Virus record (IMG/VR): IMGVR_UViG_3300045988_093155
Reading direction: 5' to 3' (one strand)
DNA from: a virus
Length of the DNA stretch: 32,251 nt
Shown: piece by piece, positions 29,388-32,251 of the stretch
Layout of the letters: each line of letters starts with the position of its first letter
How positions within the stretch are numbered: the first letter of the stretch is position 1
Program-made: the position numbers and the translations under genes
Notes under the pieces: model-generated
What the model was told of the DNA's origin: nothing
Databases searched by the model: none
The model's input: the letters and a program-made list of their open reading frames with translations, nothing else

Positions 29388-31907
29388 ATGGCAGTACAGG
29401 GCGGCATAACTTTGCCCGTTGGATTAGATTTAAAAAACGTTGATAATGATGTTAAAAAGCTTGCTAATAGGTTCAAAGAAACAACACAGCAGATTGCTAT
29501 ACAATCGCAAAAGGTTGATGAATTAAAGGCGAAACTTGCAGGGCTGCAAAGCGGAAGTATTACGGCAACAAGCGCAGAAGTTAAGAAAATGCAAACGGAG
29601 TTTGACAAAACAACTTCAAGCATTGAAAAGACAAAAGCTGAAATATCATCATTATACCAGCAATTGGACGCGCTTCAAGCAAATGCTTTTGTAGCTCCCG
29701 ACACTGGCGAAATCGTTTTAACAGGAAAAGAACAAGCGCAGTTTGATTCTATAAATGCAAAATTAGACCAACTTGAACCGAAGCTTGAAGCAAATAAACA
29801 AAAATCCGCTGAACTTGGCGAATCGTTAAGAGAAGCAACAGGTGCGGCAACTCAAGCCGAAATTAACAAAACGTCTCAAGAGCTTCAAAAGGCAGAAACA
29901 AAGCTTGACGGGTTAAAAATTAAAGCCGATGAAACTGGCGAAAAAATGAAAACGCACATGGAAAAAACGAAGCAAGGCGCAGAGAACGCAAGTAATAGTT
30001 TCGATAAAATGGGAATGAAATTGCTTGGAATGGCAAGGCGCGTGTTTGTTTTTTCAGTGATTACAAAGGCTTTGAGGTCGGTTCGGTCTGAAATTGGCTC
30101 TGTATTTATGGCAAACGAACAATACCGTCAAAGCGTTTATAATCTGCAAGCTGCATTGTATTTAGTTGCTGTTCCAATAATTGAGACTGTTGTTCCAGCG
30201 ATACAAAGCATGATTAGCTGGTTGACAAAGGCGGTTCTTTATATCGCAGCCTTTGTCAATGGATTAAGAGGAAGAAGCTTAAAAGATACAATAGCGGCAG
30301 CAAAGAGGATTAGGGAGCAATCAGCTGCATACAAAAAACTCTCAAAATCGGCAGGGGGCGCAACTCAAAAAACGAAAAAACAAACAAAAGCAACAAAAGA
30401 TTTGGCAAAAGCAACAAAAGAAACGAATAAACAACTTGCCGAATTTGATACCTTGCTGATTTTGCAGCAAAAGTCAATTGATAATGTTAATACTCCAACA
30501 GGCGGAGCTATTAGCGGCGGTGGAGTAGCTACTGGAATTGATAGCGGACTTGACGGCTTGTCTGAATTTTTAGATAGCGAAGAATTTAAAAATTTGCAAA
30601 AGTTTGAACAGTGGGTAATAGATAACAAAGACAAAATTAACACCGCTTTAGAAGTCGGGAAATGGTTGCTGTTTGGTATCGTAATAGGTACAGCGATAAA
30701 AAAAATCGGAGAGCTTTTAAACTGGTTCAAAAAGAAAGACAAAGGGTTGACTGACCAAACGCAAAAAACTCAAGAAGAAACGGACACGGTAGAAGAAATG
30801 TCAAAAGCCTTTTCAACCGTTCCAGCCCTCGCATGGGGAATTGTTCCAGCATTGAACGGATTAACTCAGGCAGGGGAAAATTTGGGGTTATCAATGGACG
30901 GAGTAAAAGAAAAAGCATACGCGTTAAATCCAGCTTTTGCAACAGCGACACAATCGGCATATGAAACAAGTCCAGCCCTTTTTGATGTTACTGCTAAAAG
31001 CACCGCGCTACAGCCCGCATTTGACGGCGTTGCAAATTCGGCGGTTGCCCTCTCTCCAGCTATAAACGGTGCAAAAACAAGCGTTGACCTTTTTACACCC
31101 TCGTTACAACTCGCGAATAACGCGTTGGTAGCCGTAGATACGACAGCAAAAATCACGGCTCCGAGTTTCCAAAAAGTTGTTCAAACTTCAACCGAGAATG
31201 CAACGAAAAACGTTGAGACCTTTTCAACAGGAACAAAAACATCTATGGATGATTGGCATACAAGTGTCAGCACAAACGCGATACTCACAGGAGAAGCAAT
31301 TGGGTTAAATGTATATAACGCATTGGATTCGGCTGGACAAAATACAAATAATTTTGTAAACTCTACATCAGAAAGCATTCGGAGCTGGAGCGATAGCGTT
31401 TCTAAAAATGTCGCAAGGGCAGCGTTGGCGTTTGCTAATAATTGGGGCAATGCATTGTATTCTGCATGGAAGAACTATAGAGATTTTAAAAAAGCAACAG
31501 GCGAAGCAATTCACGAAACTTGGGAAAAACACGGCGCAAAAATTGTCGGGGTAACACTTGCCGCGGCAGCAGTAGCAGGGGCGATAGCTTTATCACCTTA
31601 TACTGGCGGTGCTTCATTGGCGGCAATCCCTCCATTGGCGCAAGGTGCAGTTATTCCCCCAAATAAAAAGTTTATGGCAATTTTAGGAGACCAAAAAAGC
31701 GGAACAAACGTAGAAGCACCATTAACAACAATAGAACAAGCAGTTGAAAACGTTATTGAACGAATGAACATATCAAACGGAGCAAATCAAACAATTATTC
31801 TTGAGCTTGACGGTAGGGAGGTAGGGCGCACGTTCGGTAATGTCATTCAACAGGAAAGTAACAGGGTCGGAAACAACTTTGTAAAAACAAAATTGGTATT
31901 TGGTTAA
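29388..31907 (+). CDS. Tape measure protein
   Basis: 839 aa. It has an N-terminal coiled coil, central hydrophobic segments and repetitive A/S/T-rich helical stretches. It is the largest gene in the tail module. Confidence 0.9.
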   Translation: MAVQGGITLPVGLDLKNVDNDVKKLANRFKETTQQIAIQSQKVDELKAKLAGLQSGSITATSAEVKKMQTEFDKTTSSIEKTKAEISSLYQQLDALQANAFVAPDTGEIVLTGKEQAQFDSINAKLDQLEPKLEANKQKSAELGESLREATGAATQAEINKTSQELQKAETKLDGLKIKADETGEKMKTHMEKTKQGAENASNSFDKMGMKLLGMARRVFVFSVITKALRSVRSEIGSVFMANEQYRQSVYNLQAALYLVAVPIIETVVPAIQSMISWLTKAVLYIAAFVNGLRGRSLKDTIAAAKRIREQSAAYKKLSKSAGGATQKTKKQTKATKDLAKATKETNKQLAEFDTLLILQQKSIDNVNTPTGGAISGGGVATGIDSGLDGLSEFLDSEEFKNLQKFEQWVIDNKDKINTALEVGKWLLFGIVIGTAIKKIGELLNWFKKKDKGLTDQTQKTQEETDTVEEMSKAFSTVPALAWGIVPALNGLTQAGENLGLSMDGVKEKAYALNPAFATATQSAYETSPALFDVTAKSTALQPAFDGVANSAVALSPAINGAKTSVDLFTPSLQLANNALVAVDTTAKITAPSFQKVVQTSTENATKNVETFSTGTKTSMDDWHTSVSTNAILTGEAIGLNVYNALDSAGQNTNNFVNSTSESIRSWSDSVSKNVARAALAFANNWGNALYSAWKNYRDFKKATGEAIHETWEKHGAKIVGVTLAAAAVAGAIALSPYTGGASLAAIPPLAQGAVIPPNKKFMAILGDQKSGTNVEAPLTTIEQAVENVIERMNISNGANQTIILELDGREVGRTFGNVIQQESNRVGNNFVKTKLVFG

Positions 31908-31919
31908 TGAGGTGATACA

Positions 31920-32251
31920 GTGGCGAAAACAATCGGGGATTACGTTAAAATCGGTGGGCGAACATGGAATGTAAAAGTAAAAGAAATTTCAGAAAACTTT
32001 AATATCTTAGATACTGAAAATGCGGGGCGTGTTATAAACAAAGGCGCAATGACACTTGACCGAATCGGAACATTTTTTGGGCATAAAGTAACTTTTTTCA
32101 GAGATAAAGCAAGCATTAGCGAATATGACGAATTATTCATGTATTTAGCAACACCACGGAACACCGGAATCGCTGTTGACCTCGTACACGGACAAGGCAC
32201 ACTTCAATATAACGCCTATGTTGCAAGCGGAGAAAGAAAAATAAAAAAAAT
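31920..32251 (+). CDS. 5' part of the wrap-around tail gene (putative distal tail protein); continues at 74..152 once the 73-nt overlap is collapsed
   Basis: GTG 31920 lies 5 nt after GAGGTG. The frame is open to the end of the window and is in phase with the stop at 150-152. Confidence 0.6.
   Translation, partial: MAKTIGDYVKIGGRTWNVKVKEISENFNILDTENAGRVINKGAMTLDRIGTFFGHKVTFFRDKASISEYDELFMYLATPRNTGIAVDLVHGQGTLQYNAYVASGERKIKK
32179..32251. repeat. Terminal direct repeat copy 2
   Basis: Identical to 1..73. Confidence 0.95.

Larger units (their letters stand above)
1..32251 (+). mobile_element. Complete siphovirus-like phage genome on a circularly closed contig (unit length 32,178 bp)
   Basis: Identical 73-nt ends. 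Full set of terminase, portal, scaffold, capsid, tail, tape measure, lysis, recombination and replication genes, all on the + strand. Confidence 0.9.

Noticed and set aside
983-32200. All other minus-strand ORFs in the track (60-170 aa).
   Set aside because: Each lies inside a stronger + strand gene. None has a convincing SD or promoter, and the products look like antisense translations (Leu/Phe/Ser/Cys-rich). The genome is consistently transcribed in one direction.
1-32251. CRISPR array, integrase, transposase or lysogeny repressor.
   Set aside because: I could find no spaced direct-repeat array and no tyrosine or serine recombinase-like ORF. The small DNA-binding proteins (AbrB-like, RHH, HTH) are not sufficient evidence for lysogeny.

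Overview
The window is one complete tailed-phage genome. Positions 1-73 and 32179-32251 are identical, so the contig closes into a circle of 32,178 bp. One tail gene (31920..32251 plus 1..152) runs across the junction. Every credible gene is on the + strand. SD sites are GGAGG-like, promoters are sigma-A consensus with TGn extended -10, and the DNA is mostly AT-rich. This fits a siphovirus-like phage of a low-GC Firmicute (Clostridia-type). Circular gene order: (1) early operon from a consensus promoter at 9808 (AbrB-like, small membrane and CxxC proteins); (2) recombination block (Rad52-type annealase, NinB-like, HNH/Ref-like, HTH, SSB); (3) promoter 12924 plus a structured leader and terminator; (4) replication initiator with an internal AT-rich iteron tract, a C5-MTase-like protein and many zinc-ribbon ORFs; (5) promoter 17026, RusA-like, ParB-MTase fusion, TerS, TerL, an HExxH protein and portal; (6) a promoter-bearing 3-gene insert with an RHH protein, then the minor capsid protein; (7) a 408-nt non-coding island with two consensus promoters, two terminated small RNAs and tRNA-Gln(UUG); (8) scaffold, major capsid, neck genes, major tail, chaperones, tape measure, Dit/Tal-like and tail-fibre genes; (9) a two-domain endolysin, three small membrane lysis proteins, a GerE/sigma-r4-like regulator and a terminator; (10) a 2.8-kb accessory module at the position where temperate relatives carry integrase and repressor. 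No integrase, repressor, RT, CRISPR array or transposase is visible. Items most worth follow-up: the ncRNA/tRNA island (24010-24342); the riboregulator-like leader in front of the replication gene (12924-13088), which shares an AATAACAA motif with a tract inside that gene; the accessory module (6901-9760), with a membrane-anchored Cys-rich protein and a BclA/C1q-like protein; a GC-rich mosaic island (about 2790-5760) spanning the receptor-binding and lysin genes; and an atypical C5-MTase-like gene. All family assignments come from motifs read by eye and from memory. No database search was run.
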